Origin: a virus
Taxonomy: Duplodnaviria; Caudoviricetes
Virus record (IMG/VR): IMGVR_UViG_3300048890_000142
Span: 1-64,000 of that record
Direction: 5' to 3' (one strand)
DNA length: 64,000 nucleotides
This document shows positions 8,010-17,229 of this stretch, piece by piece. Both the position numbers and the translations under genes were made by a program. The first letter of the stretch is position 1. Each line of letters begins with the position of its first letter. The notes under the pieces were generated by a model that was not told the origin of the DNA, made no database searches, and saw nothing but the letters and a program-made list of their open reading frames with translations.

Positions 8010-8312
8010 ATGACCGTCCCGCCCTGCCTCTCCTGCGGCGCCCCCGCGACCCGCGTCCACCTCCGGGAGGCCGCCGCCCGCGAGCTCGCCTCCTGGGCCG
8101 GCGACCCCCGCCTCCCCTCGGTCACCCCCCTGGACCTGGAGCCCTCGGCCGCGCCGACCACCGTCCCGGTCCACTCCTGCGACGCGTGCGGCCCGGACCC
8201 GGCCCGCGCCGCCCTCCTGCACTCCCCGACCTGCGCCCCGCCCTGGCCGTGCCCCTCCTGCCCGGCCTGCTCCGCCGCCCTCCCGGAGGTCCCGGAGCCC
8301 CGGGCCGGCTAG
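8010..8312 (+). CDS. Cys-rich zinc-binding protein
   Basis: CLSC, CDAC, HSPTC, CPSC motifs. Confidence 0.7.
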   Translation: MTVPPCLSCGAPATRVHLREAAARELASWAGDPRLPSVTPLDLEPSAAPTTVPVHSCDACGPDPARAALLHSPTCAPPWPCPSCPACSAALPEVPEPRAG

Positions 8313-8355
8313 GCCCCCTCCCCGACCTCCCCGACCTCCCCGGACCCCTCGGGGC

Positions 8356-8384
8356 TGGACGCGCCGCCCGCCCTCTGGTAGGTT
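8356..8384 (+). promoter_or_regulatory. Rightward promoter TGGACG-N17-TAGGTT
   Basis: Followed by an ACCGA...GGAGG leader like the early cassettes. Confidence 0.65.
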
Positions 8385-8424
8385 AACCACCACGAGAGAC
8401 CGACGACCGGAGGGAGCCCGACCC

Positions 8425-9216
8425 GTGCCGCCCGTGCAGCCGTACCAGCCAGGACCCGATACCCCCGCCCCGAGGGGCCCCGACGCCGCCCGCGGGCCTC
8501 ACCCGCTGGACCCCCCGCTGACCGCCGCCGAGCGCGAGGTCCTGACCGCGCCGACCGGCCCCCACGGGAAGCTCCTGCGGGCGCCCGACCCGGCCGTCCT
8601 GGACTCCCTGTCTCGGCGCGGCTTGCTGGACGACGGGGACGTGATCGGTCCGCGCCTGACCGTCGCCGGTCGTCGCGTTCGCCGCGCGCTGCTGGACGGG
8701 CCGGCGAATCGCGCCGTCTACCGGCGCTACCGGCCGGGCGACCCCGACCCCACCCCCCTCGGCGACTGCCCGGCGACGGCCGGCGCCTTCGCCTGCACCC
8801 GGCCCGCCGGGCACCGCGCCCCGCAGCACGTGGCCGGCACCGGCCGGATCGTGGCCGCCACCTGGACCGGGGACGGCGCGGACCTGGCGACCTGGGACGG
8901 CGGGCCGGACGACCTGCCCGAGGTCCCCGGCCCCGAGATCGGCGCCCTGGCCGAGGACCCGACCGGTCCCGCCCGTCTGGATCGCCTGGTCAACGAGGGC
9001 CTGGACCTGGTCGGCGCGATCCGCGCCCGGCTGGCCGCCGGCTTCCACCGCCCCACCCCGCAGGACGAGGCGATCCTGGCCGTCCTGGTCCTGGAGCCGC
9101 CCCCCTTCTACTCGGGCGACGACCTCGAGCTCTACGGGCTGCTCACCTCCGGTTGGCGCACCTGCCACGACGCGGTGCTGCTGGCGATAGCCGAGGCCCT
9201 GGAGGTGAACCCGTGA
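8425..9216 (+). CDS. Hypothetical modular protein (wHTH-like plus C-x2-T...C-x5-H motif)
   Basis: LSRRGLL...RLTVAGRRVRRAL; CPAT..FACTRPAGH. Confidence 0.7.
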   Translation: MPPVQPYQPGPDTPAPRGPDAARGPHPLDPPLTAAEREVLTAPTGPHGKLLRAPDPAVLDSLSRRGLLDDGDVIGPRLTVAGRRVRRALLDGPANRAVYRRYRPGDPDPTPLGDCPATAGAFACTRPAGHRAPQHVAGTGRIVAATWTGDGADLATWDGGPDDLPEVPGPEIGALAEDPTGPARLDRLVNEGLDLVGAIRARLAAGFHRPTPQDEAILAVLVLEPPPFYSGDDLELYGLLTSGWRTCHDAVLLAIAEALEVNP

Positions 9217-9554
9217 CCGAGACCGGGCGCCCCGGCGCCGGGGGCGGCGTCGGCGGGGACCCCTTCGCCGTCCCGGAGAACCGCCGCCACCTGCGACACG
9301 CCTTCTACCTGCGGCACCCGGAGCTCGACCAGCGCACCGCACACGAGATGCTGCTGGACCGCTCCGCCTACGACGACGCCGACCCGTCCGAGCGCGCCGA
9401 GCGACCGCCCTCCGGGCACCCGGGTTACCCGGACCGCGCCCGCCCGGACGCCCGGCCGAGCGACCTGGCCGACGCCGTCCGCGACTTCCTGGCCGGCGGG
9501 GCGACCCTGGACGAGCTGGCCGAGGCGCTGGGGGAGGCGGAGGGCCGTGGCTGA
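9213..9554 (+). CDS. Hypothetical protein with LxxxVxxFLxG tail
   Basis: GTGA overlap with upstream gene. Confidence 0.65.
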   Translation: MTETGRPGAGGGVGGDPFAVPENRRHLRHAFYLRHPELDQRTAHEMLLDRSAYDDADPSERAERPPSGHPGYPDRARPDARPSDLADAVRDFLAGGATLDELAEALGEAEGRG

Positions 9555-10212
9555 GGGACGTCGCGCCCCCGACCCGGGGGACCTGCGCGAGGCGCTGCGT
9601 GGTCCCGTGCGCGAGGCGGCGCTCTACCGCTGCGACGGCGGCGAGCCCCTGGTCGAGGAGCTCCTGGACGCCGTGCTGGCGGTGCTGGCCGAGCGCCGCC
9701 ACCCGGTGGAGGTCTCCCCCGACCCGCCGCTGGGCGACGCGGACCGCGCGGCCCTGCTCGGCCCCGTCGACGCCCTGGGCGCGCTGCACCCCCGCGCTGA
9801 CGCGGCCTGCCGGCTCGCCGACCGGGGCCTGTTGGACTGGGACCCCGAAGACCTCGGCTGGAAGCCGACCCGCGCGGGCTGGGCCCTGCGAGCCGCCCTG
9901 GAGGTCGGCGGCGCTCCCGCGCCCCGGACCTTCCGCGCCGGGGACCCCGACCCGGCCGAGGAGGGCCTGGTCCTGCGCGACCGGGACGGCGACCGCTGGT
10001 GCTACCGCGACGGGGCCTGGTGGTCGGTGGCCGTGGACCATACCCTCAACAGCGTCAAGCCCTGGTCGTTCGTGCTGCGGTACGCGCCGCTGGTCGAGGA
10101 CCCCGGTTATCCGCTGCAGGACCTCAGCGAGGCGGTCGACGAGTTCCTCGGCGGCTCGGGGTCCCTCGACGGCCTGCGCGCCGCCTTGTACCGGTCGAAG
10201 TGGGCGCGGTGA
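9547..10212 (+). CDS. Modular protein: wHTH-like, DRDGDxW domain, helical tail
   Basis: LADRGLL, LRDRDGDRW...YAPLVE. Confidence 0.7.
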   Translation: MAEGRRAPDPGDLREALRGPVREAALYRCDGGEPLVEELLDAVLAVLAERRHPVEVSPDPPLGDADRAALLGPVDALGALHPRADAACRLADRGLLDWDPEDLGWKPTRAGWALRAALEVGGAPAPRTFRAGDPDPAEEGLVLRDRDGDRWCYRDGAWWSVAVDHTLNSVKPWSFVLRYAPLVEDPGYPLQDLSEAVDEFLGGSGSLDGLRAALYRSKWAR

Positions 10213-10520
10213 GGTACCCCCTGCCCCGGGAGGCGTCCTCCGCTCGGGCCGAGCTAAAGGTCCTGGCGGGCGCCGCGCGGGACCTGGCCCTGGTGATGCG
10301 CGGCGCGGACGTGCGCGTCGAGCTCCTCGCCTCGGTCCGGCTGGTCCTCTCGGTGTCCGCCGCGGCCGAGGCCGCCCAGACCCATGACCTGGACGTCCGC
10401 GAGATCTCCCACCCGCCCCTGACCTGGGAGTTCTCCGGCCCGGCCGCCCAGGTAGTCCGGCTCGTCCGTGACTACGCGGCGAGCGCCCGAGCCGGGGCAC
10501 CCGCCGAGGAGCCGCGGTGA
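10209..10520 (+). CDS. Hypothetical protein
   Basis: GTGA coupling on both sides. Confidence 0.6.
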   Translation: MRYPLPREASSARAELKVLAGAARDLALVMRGADVRVELLASVRLVLSVSAAAEAAQTHDLDVREISHPPLTWEFSGPAAQVVRLVRDYAASARAGAPAEEPR

Positions 10521-10822
10521 GCGCCCCCGCGGGCCGGCCCGCCACGCCGCTGTTCCGGCTGGGTCCCGAGGACCGGCTGGACGTCGTGCTGCCCCTGGTC
10601 GGCCGCCGGGTGGACGTGGTGCACTCCCCGCGGCGGGGCTCGCCCGCCGAGGACCTGGTCTACCGGGGGACGTTGGTCTCCGCGTGCCGCTCGCCCTGGG
10701 GACCCTCGCACTTGGTGGTGCTGCGGGTCGAGACCCTGGACCGGGGCACCTACGACCTGGCCGTACCGCTGAGCCAGGTCCGCGAGGTGCGCCCCGAGAC
10801 CCCGCCGACGGAGGCGCCCTGA
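10517..10822 (+). CDS. Possible Sm/LSm-fold protein
   Basis: GRRVDV...YRGTLVS...LVVL...VPLSQVREV pattern. Confidence 0.45.
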   Translation: MSAPAGRPATPLFRLGPEDRLDVVLPLVGRRVDVVHSPRRGSPAEDLVYRGTLVSACRSPWGPSHLVVLRVETLDRGTYDLAVPLSQVREVRPETPPTEAP

Positions 10823-11256
10823 TGGACGACTCCGTCTTCGCCGCCCGCTACCGGCGCCTGCGCGACGAGCTCGGCCCGGACCACCTCGAGACCGTCACGG
10901 CGCACGGCGCCCGGACGGCCGAGGTGCTGTGCGCGGAGTCCGACGCGCCGGCCCCGGAGGGCACGCTGTGGTGGCTGTCCTTCGTGGACCCCGACCGAGC
11001 GGCCCCGCCTGGCCAGCAGGTGCCGGGCGGGCCCGGGTTCCTGGGCGTGGCGGTCGTCGCGGCCTGCGGCCCGGTTACCGCGGTGTACCGGGCCGGTGAG
11101 CTGGGGATCAACCCCGGCGGCGAGGTGCGGATGTACCCGGCGCGAGCCGAGGACGTCCCCGCCGAGTTCCGGGACCGGCTGCTGACCTTCGCCGAGGCGC
11201 TCCCCCTGAGCGCCCTGGGCGACCCGAACGACGAGACCGAGGAGGACGAACGATGA
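10822..11256 (+). CDS. Hypothetical protein
   Basis: TGATG overlap, RBS GGAGG. Confidence 0.7.
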   Translation: MDDSVFAARYRRLRDELGPDHLETVTAHGARTAEVLCAESDAPAPEGTLWWLSFVDPDRAAPPGQQVPGGPGFLGVAVVAACGPVTAVYRAGELGINPGGEVRMYPARAEDVPAEFRDRLLTFAEALPLSALGDPNDETEEDER

Positions 11257-12224
11257 CCGACGTGCCCGCGGACGACCTGCGCGAGCTGGGTCCCGCCACC
11301 CTGCCCGACCCCGACTTCCCGCGCTGGAGGGGCGTCCGGCCCGACTCGGACGTGCGCTTCGTGCGCAGCCGCTACCGGCTCTTCAAGCGATCCCGGGGCG
11401 ACGGGTCCTGGGTCTGCCAGTGCGGCCTGGCACGCTGCGACAGGCGCCGGTTCACCTGGGAGGACCTCTCCGCCTGCTACTCCCTGTGGTTGGTGCCGGT
11501 CGCCGACGCGCGCCGCGTGGTCCGGGTACTGCGGATAGTCGGCGCGCACTTCGGCGGCGACTCGAACCCGAACCCGGACCCGAACCAGACGCCGGCGGTC
11601 GTCTCCAACTACTCCGACCTGACGGACCCCCAGCGCGAGGCGCTGCTCGCCGGGCTCCCGGGCGCGCGTCGCAGGGTGCCCCGGCTGACCGGCGACGCGC
11701 TGGTCGGCCGGGGGCTGCTGCACGACAGCTACGCGCAGCCGGGGCAGGGCTGGTACCTGCTCACCGAGGCGGGCCTGCGCGCCCGGCGGGCGCTGGAGCG
11801 CGGGGAGGTCCCCGATCCGCCGGGTCTCTCGGGCCCCCGCGTCTGGTTCGCTGGGGACCCGGACCCCGCCGAGGACGGCCTGGAGGTCGCGGACTGCGAG
11901 GGGGACGTCTGGCGCCGGCGCGGCGGGCGCTGGTTCCTGGCGGAGTGGGGCAGCGGGCGACCGGTGCCGCGCTCCGTCTCCGAGGACGGCGCCACGGACT
12001 GGGCGGAGGTGCGGGAGTACGCGCCGCTGACCGAGCGCCTGCACCGGGACCCGAAGCGGGCGCGCCCGGCCGAGGACGCCCGACCCGACTTCCGCGAGGA
12101 GCTGGCCGGGCTGCACGACGTCGTCTCGCTGTTCTTCACCGGCCGGGCCTCCCTGCTCGAGCTGCGGGCGGCTCAGCGCGCGGCCCGTCGCACGCTGGAC
12201 CTGGTGCCCGGGAGGTCGCGGTGA
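11253..12224 (+). CDS. Modular protein: wHTH-like, DCEGDxW domain, helical tail
   Basis: Shares three modules with 9547..10212. Confidence 0.75.
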   Translation: MTDVPADDLRELGPATLPDPDFPRWRGVRPDSDVRFVRSRYRLFKRSRGDGSWVCQCGLARCDRRRFTWEDLSACYSLWLVPVADARRVVRVLRIVGAHFGGDSNPNPDPNQTPAVVSNYSDLTDPQREALLAGLPGARRRVPRLTGDALVGRGLLHDSYAQPGQGWYLLTEAGLRARRALERGEVPDPPGLSGPRVWFAGDPDPAEDGLEVADCEGDVWRRRGGRWFLAEWGSGRPVPRSVSEDGATDWAEVREYAPLTERLHRDPKRARPAEDARPDFREELAGLHDVVSLFFTGRASLLELRAAQRAARRTLDLVPGRSR

Positions 12225-12616
12225 GCGCGCCGATCGAGCCGGCCGGGCGCTGCCCGCACGGCTGCGGCCGACTCTGGACCGGGCCGGACGGCGCGCTGCG
12301 CTGCCCGCCGACGGCGGACCGCGCGCTGTTCCTCGGCGAGGAGCCGGGCCCCGACGCGGTGGCCGGCCCGCTCTGGCGCCCGCCGACCGACCTGGCGTAC
12401 GTAGACGCGGTAGACGCCTCGACGCTGCTCGTGGACGTGGACTGGTCGGCCGCCGCCGTGGCCTCGCTCTACCGGCCGAGCGACCCTCGCAGCCGCGCGA
12501 GCGTGCCGGTCCGGGCGATGCACTCGACCGACCCGGCCACCCTGTCCGAGCTGGTGGAGGTCAAGCCGACCCGCGCCCCGGACGGGACGGCGCTCGTCGC
12601 GCTGGTGCTGCGGTGA
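12221..12616 (+). CDS. Hypothetical protein
   Basis: GTGA coupling; CPHGC motif. Confidence 0.6.
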   Translation: MSAPIEPAGRCPHGCGRLWTGPDGALRCPPTADRALFLGEEPGPDAVAGPLWRPPTDLAYVDAVDASTLLVDVDWSAAAVASLYRPSDPRSRASVPVRAMHSTDPATLSELVEVKPTRAPDGTALVALVLR

Positions 12617-12828
12617 GCGCGCCGGCGTCCCGCGTCTTCGGGCGGTGGTCCCGGCGGCCGGCGCAGGTGCGCGCGGTGCGCGACTGCGCGGGAGACCTCT
12701 GGGGTCGGTGCGGCCGCCGCTGGTACCCCCAGCACGAGGACTGGGCCGCGTTGCCCGGAAACCGGGGGCTGTTCTGGTGGCAGTTGCGTCGCCTGGCCCC
12801 TCTGACCGAGGAGATGAAGCGACCGTGA
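12613..12828 (+). CDS. Stand-alone DxxGDxW domain protein
   Basis: VRDCAGDLW...LAPLTE. Confidence 0.65.
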   Translation: MSAPASRVFGRWSRRPAQVRAVRDCAGDLWGRCGRRWYPQHEDWAALPGNRGLFWWQLRRLAPLTEEMKRP

Positions 12829-12857
12829 CGCGAGACCGAACGAGCGAAGGAGGGGAC

Positions 12858-13352
12858 GTGACCGACGAGTACCGCATCGACCCGGACCGCATCGACGAGG
12901 AGGTGGTCCGGGCCGCCGGGAAGGCCAAGGACCTCGAGCAGCCGCCCCCGCCGGGGATGGCCTGGAGCCTGGCCTGGGACCGCGACGGACACCGCGATCC
13001 CGGCTACGACCAGCTGGTCCCCCACCGTCATCTGCGCCCGCGCGAGGAGGCCGACTTCGAGCCGTTCCCGCTGACCGAGGACCCGGCGACCTTCCGGGAC
13101 CTGGCCGAGCTGGTCGAGGCCTACCGCGCCCTGCTGGGCCGCGACTCGCGCTTCGCCGTGCGGGTCCCGACGGCGGTCGCGGTCGTGGTGCTGCCCTCTC
13201 CCTCCCGGGCCGTCGAGCTGGCCTCCTGGTACGGCCTGAACTGGGTGCGCGCCGACCTGCCCGACGGGGACTCCGTGCGCGGGTCGGGCCCGTTCGAATT
13301 CACCGGGACGCCGGCGGCGATCGCCGCCCTGCTGCGCGGGGTGACCCGGTGA
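12858..13352 (+). CDS. Hypothetical protein
   Basis: RBS AGGAGG. Confidence 0.7.
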   Translation: MTDEYRIDPDRIDEEVVRAAGKAKDLEQPPPPGMAWSLAWDRDGHRDPGYDQLVPHRHLRPREEADFEPFPLTEDPATFRDLAELVEAYRALLGRDSRFAVRVPTAVAVVVLPSPSRAVELASWYGLNWVRADLPDGDSVRGSGPFEFTGTPAAIAALLRGVTR

Positions 13353-13915
13353 GGGCCCCGGACGCGCCCGCGCGCTACGTCGTTGAGGTGGACGTGCTGA
13401 GGTACGCGCCCCTGGGCGCCGCGGAGGTCGACGAGCTCGTCGCCGCGGTCGGGGTGCGCGCCTACCGGGTCCCCTCGACCGATCGGTCCGGGCAGCCGCG
13501 CTACCTCCTGGTCGGCACGCTCCCGGGACTGCGCGCGGCGCTGCTGGCCTGGAGCGTCACCGACGAGGACGGCGACCACCACTGGGCGCTGGAGACGCTG
13601 GCCGAGGCGGTCCCGGTGCCGTCCCCCGGTGACCCGAGGCCGGCTCGGATCGCCGAGACCGCCGCGACCCTGCGCTCCAGGTTGACCGCGATGAAGCTGG
13701 TCAGCACCGTCGGCGACGACGTCCCGCTCTGGGTCCTCTACGCCGGCCACGTGCACGAGGTGCGGCGCGTGACCGAGGCGAGCGTCGGGGTCAGGGAGTC
13801 CCCGCCCGGCGCGGCGGTGCCGTACCGGGCCGGCGAGCGGGTCGTCGTGCTGGAGCTGGACGCCCCGCACGCCCTGGTCGACGAGGCGCTGGCCGGTGGG
13901 GACGTGACTCCGTGA
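13349..13915 (+). CDS. Hypothetical protein
   Basis: GTGA coupling. Confidence 0.7.
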   Translation: MRAPDAPARYVVEVDVLRYAPLGAAEVDELVAAVGVRAYRVPSTDRSGQPRYLLVGTLPGLRAALLAWSVTDEDGDHHWALETLAEAVPVPSPGDPRPARIAETAATLRSRLTAMKLVSTVGDDVPLWVLYAGHVHEVRRVTEASVGVRESPPGAAVPYRAGERVVVLELDAPHALVDEALAGGDVTP

Positions 13916-14754
13916 GGGCGTGGCCCGGCGACTTCCCCGACCCCTTCGGTCGTCCCCCCGACTTCCCGCGCGGCGTCCAGGTCTCCAGCACGGACGAGGG
14001 GGTGACCGTCGTGTACGCGGGTCAGCCCCTGCGTCGCTGGGAGCGCGTACCGGACCGGCCGTACTGCTGGCAGCCGGTCGGGGATCGGGGTCGGATGCCG
14101 GAGTTCGAGCACTCCTGGGGCGAGCTCGTCGAGCACTACGACGTGTGGCTGGACGAGTCGGCTTCGACGCGGCCGACTCCCGAGCAGAACGCCCCGCTGC
14201 TCCCGCCGCCCGCGGCCTGGATCACCCTCGCCGACACCCTGACCGGGAGCTGGAAGCGCGGTCCGGCGGACTCCTGGCTGCGGCTGGACGCCGACGGTCG
14301 GGAGACCGTCTACGCGCTCACCTGGGACCAGCTCCAGCGGGTCCCGGGCGGCGTGCGGGTCCGGCCGGCATCCCCGACCGGACGCATGCGCGTCGAGCAC
14401 CCGCCCGCTACGCAGCCCGTCCGACACTATTCATGGGAGGACGTGAAGGGGACCCGCGCGCCTCGCGCGCCCCTCTTCGACGGCGTCGAGGAGCTCGAGC
14501 CGCTGGACGCCTACGGCGTGCTACGCGGGGTGGTGGTCTGCGGCGACGCGTTCGCGGCGATGCTGGACGAGTCGTTCTACGATCGCGATCCCCGACGTCC
14601 CGAGCAGTTGCCGGTGCGCGCCCGGATTCCGGGCGTCGGCGAGCCGGACCGCTACTACTCGGTGGTCGACGTCGACCCGGTGCGCCGGGACGGGCGCCTG
14701 ACCGTGGAGCTGCTACTGATGCCTGAACCGACCGAGGAGGGAGGAGAGCGATGA
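13912..14754 (+). CDS. Hypothetical protein
   Basis: GTGA coupling. Confidence 0.7.
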   Translation: MRAWPGDFPDPFGRPPDFPRGVQVSSTDEGVTVVYAGQPLRRWERVPDRPYCWQPVGDRGRMPEFEHSWGELVEHYDVWLDESASTRPTPEQNAPLLPPPAAWITLADTLTGSWKRGPADSWLRLDADGRETVYALTWDQLQRVPGGVRVRPASPTGRMRVEHPPATQPVRHYSWEDVKGTRAPRAPLFDGVEELEPLDAYGVLRGVVVCGDAFAAMLDESFYDRDPRRPEQLPVRARIPGVGEPDRYYSVVDVDPVRRDGRLTVELLLMPEPTEEGGER

Positions 14755-15116
14755 CGACGGACGACGGAGGAATCAATGTCCTCGTGACGGCCGAGTTGCT
14801 GGGCGAGCTGGGCGCGTGTAAGGACTACCGAGACCTCTTCCTGGAGAAGTTCGGGAAGGGGCCGGTTACGGTCACCCCGGAGCTCTGCGAGCGGTACCAC
14901 CTCGAATTCATGTGGTTCTGGGCGGGCGAAAAGCTGCTCACTCGCGAGGGACGGGACGACTTCTGCCCGATCTTCAGTAACCCTCAGGCTGAGTGCACCT
15001 GCCCCCACGACGACTCGCGGATGATGGCCAGGCGCTTCGGCGAGATAGCCGTTCGGTACGGGATCATCACCCTCGAGCAGGTGCGCGCCGCGCGGCGCCG
15101 GAGGTGGTCGACGTGA
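14751..15116 (+). CDS. Hypothetical protein
   Basis: RBS GAGGGAGGAG, ATGA overlap. Confidence 0.7.
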   Translation: MTTDDGGINVLVTAELLGELGACKDYRDLFLEKFGKGPVTVTPELCERYHLEFMWFWAGEKLLTREGRDDFCPIFSNPQAECTCPHDDSRMMARRFGEIAVRYGIITLEQVRAARRRRWST

Positions 15117-15433
15117 ACGACGAGCCGCCGGGCATGGCGGAGATGCTCTGGGCCGCCCGCCGGATCTGGGGCTATGAGTCCATGGACCTGCGCGACGTCG
15201 CGGAGTGCGTCTCGGTGGTCTCCGGGGACCTCAGCCGGCAGGGTCGGGCCCTCGCCGAGGGCCGGGCCCCGGACATGGACCAGGTCGCCAAGGAGCTGGG
15301 CAACCTGATGTTCTCCGCCCGGCGCTGGATGGACGACCTCGGGCTGGACGCAATGCGCTGCCTCGAGCTGGCCATGGCGTCGCAGCAGGAGTACGCGGAC
15401 GAGCTGCGCAGGGACTGGGGGAGGCCGACGTGA
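15113..15433 (+). CDS. MazG-like NTP pyrophosphohydrolase-fold protein
   Basis: VAKELGNLMFS...MDDLGLDAMRCL resembles the MazG ELGD helix motif (D to N). Confidence 0.5.
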   Translation: MNDEPPGMAEMLWAARRIWGYESMDLRDVAECVSVVSGDLSRQGRALAEGRAPDMDQVAKELGNLMFSARRWMDDLGLDAMRCLELAMASQQEYADELRRDWGRPT

Positions 15434-15654
15434 GCCCTCGAGTGCGCACCGGATACGAGTACGGGCGTCGCTGGCTGGTCTGGGAGCGGCACTGCCGGCA
15501 CCCGTGCCTCTACTGCGGGCTCACCGTGGTGCACGCGATGCCGGACGGCGGCCCGGTCCTCAGGGGAGAGTCGTCGTGGCGCACGGTCTGCGGGCTGATG
15601 GTCAGCGTCGGCCAGTGGCACGTGATGGTGCAGTTCAGGAGGTTCTACCGGTGA
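15430..15654 (+). CDS. Small Cys/His protein
   Basis: HCRHPCLYC...VC. Confidence 0.55.
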   Translation: MSPRVRTGYEYGRRWLVWERHCRHPCLYCGLTVVHAMPDGGPVLRGESSWRTVCGLMVSVGQWHVMVQFRRFYR

Positions 15655-16304
15655 GCGAGTCTGACGAGGTGGCCGCGCTGATCGCGCGCAAGCGTGACGA
15701 GCTGCGCGCCATGTTCGAGGGAGACCCGGAACCCGAGCGGGTCGGGCCGCTCTCTCGGGTCGAGGCCTGGTACGCGCAGACCTTCCTGGACCCGGCGCCC
15801 GATCTGGAACGTATCGCGCGGGAATACCGCGACGTACCGATACCGGGAGTGGTGGTCGGCGTGGCACCCGGCCCTCATACTTCGGCGTCGCTGCCGATGT
15901 TCCCGCATCCGCCGGGTTCGGCCGGCGGCCGGCTGCTGGCCATCTCCGGGATGCCGGTCGAGGCGTACTTCGGGAGATTGGTGCGGGCGAACCTTTGCGG
16001 GCAGAAGTTCTTACTGACCGAGGCTCGCGGCTCCGCCCGCGCGCTCTACTACCGGTGGCGGACGGTCGGCGAGCCCCGGACGCGCTTCGTGCTGTGCGGG
16101 CGGCGGGTCGCTGACGCGTTCGCCCACGTGCTCGAGGCACCCGACGCCGGATGGTTCCGGCGCCGCGAGTGGGCGGGAATCGAGTACGCGGCGATCCCGC
16201 ACCCGAGCGGGCGCTGCCGCGAGTACAACGACCCGTCCTACGTCGAGCGGGCTCGAGAGGTCGTCCGCTGGGCGGCCCGGTACGAGGAATCGGAGGAACG
16301 GTGA
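15651..16304 (+). CDS. Uracil-DNA glycosylase superfamily protein
   Basis: VVGVAPG (motif A-like), GSAGGRL, RANL, VLCGRRV, IPHPSG (motif B). Confidence 0.65.
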   Translation: MSESDEVAALIARKRDELRAMFEGDPEPERVGPLSRVEAWYAQTFLDPAPDLERIAREYRDVPIPGVVVGVAPGPHTSASLPMFPHPPGSAGGRLLAISGMPVEAYFGRLVRANLCGQKFLLTEARGSARALYYRWRTVGEPRTRFVLCGRRVADAFAHVLEAPDAGWFRRREWAGIEYAAIPHPSGRCREYNDPSYVERAREVVRWAARYEESEER

Positions 16305-16834
16305 ACGAGGAGCAGGCGGCGCGCCTTCGGGCGGCCCTGGAGTACGTGACGGAGCGCCCGCGCGAGTGGGTGCAGGACTTCTACGCGGTGCGCACCCCGT
16401 GCGGCACGATGGCGTGCCTGGCCGGGCGGATCGTGATCCAGGCGGGGTACGAGCGGTTTCATTGGCGATCGCTGAAGCGGTTCGATGAGGACGCTCGCGC
16501 GCACCTCCCGGTACCACAGGCGGAGAAGGCATACACCGTTGTGCTCGACCGTCCCGGTGATGAGTACCGCTTCCAGTCGTCCAAGATAGCCAACGTCGCC
16601 GCCGACCTCGTCGGCCTCGACTGGGTGGACGCCGACTCGCTCTTCGCGGCCTCGAACACGCTGCGGCACCTCTGGGAGTACGCGGCCGAGCTCAGTGACG
16701 GCTTGATCGAGGTCCCGGACGACCTCCCGGAGTGGGCGGACCTCAGCGTCGTCGACGTGGAGTGCGCCGGACCCGACGCGCCGTTCTCCCACGTGGCCGC
16801 CTACCTCGACCAGGTAGAGCGGGGTGCCCGGTGA
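16301..16834 (+). CDS. CGTxACxAG-family protein, paralogue 1
   Basis: WVQDFY..RTPCGTMACLAG. Confidence 0.75.
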   Translation: MNEEQAARLRAALEYVTERPREWVQDFYAVRTPCGTMACLAGRIVIQAGYERFHWRSLKRFDEDARAHLPVPQAEKAYTVVLDRPGDEYRFQSSKIANVAADLVGLDWVDADSLFAASNTLRHLWEYAAELSDGLIEVPDDLPEWADLSVVDVECAGPDAPFSHVAAYLDQVERGAR

Positions 16835-17229
16835 GCTGGCTGGACTTCGCCGCCCTCACGTCCGGAATCGGCTACGTGGGGGTCGACGTACTGGCGAACG
16901 CGGTGGTGCTGGTGCTTCGTCGGGACGTCTTCGTGAACGTGGTGCTCGGCCGCCGGGGCGCGGCGGTCCTCGCCGTCGCGATAGCCCTCCTGATGGTGCT
17001 GCTGGTCGCGGCCACCGTCGAGGCGTCGGTCCGCTGGCCGGCGCTGGCCGTGTTCCCCATGCTCGGCGCGCTCTGGGTGGGCGCCGACCTCCTGCCGGTC
17101 CTCCAGATCACCTTCGGGAACAGCGAGTCCTACCGCACGCGCACCGTTTCGCTGCTCTCGACCTTCGGCGGCCTCACGGTCTTCGTCGGGTTAGTGCTCA
17201 CCTTCGTTCGGGCGCAGGTATCCGGATGA
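16831..17229 (+). CDS. Multi-pass membrane protein
   Basis: About four hydrophobic segments. Confidence 0.7.
   Translation: MSWLDFAALTSGIGYVGVDVLANAVVLVLRRDVFVNVVLGRRGAAVLAVAIALLMVLLVAATVEASVRWPALAVFPMLGALWVGADLLPVLQITFGNSESYRTRTVSLLSTFGGLTVFVGLVLTFVRAQVSG

Noticed and set aside
8383-10545. 720-aa minus-strand ORF
   Set aside because: Antisense to coupled plus-strand genes; low complexity, no motif
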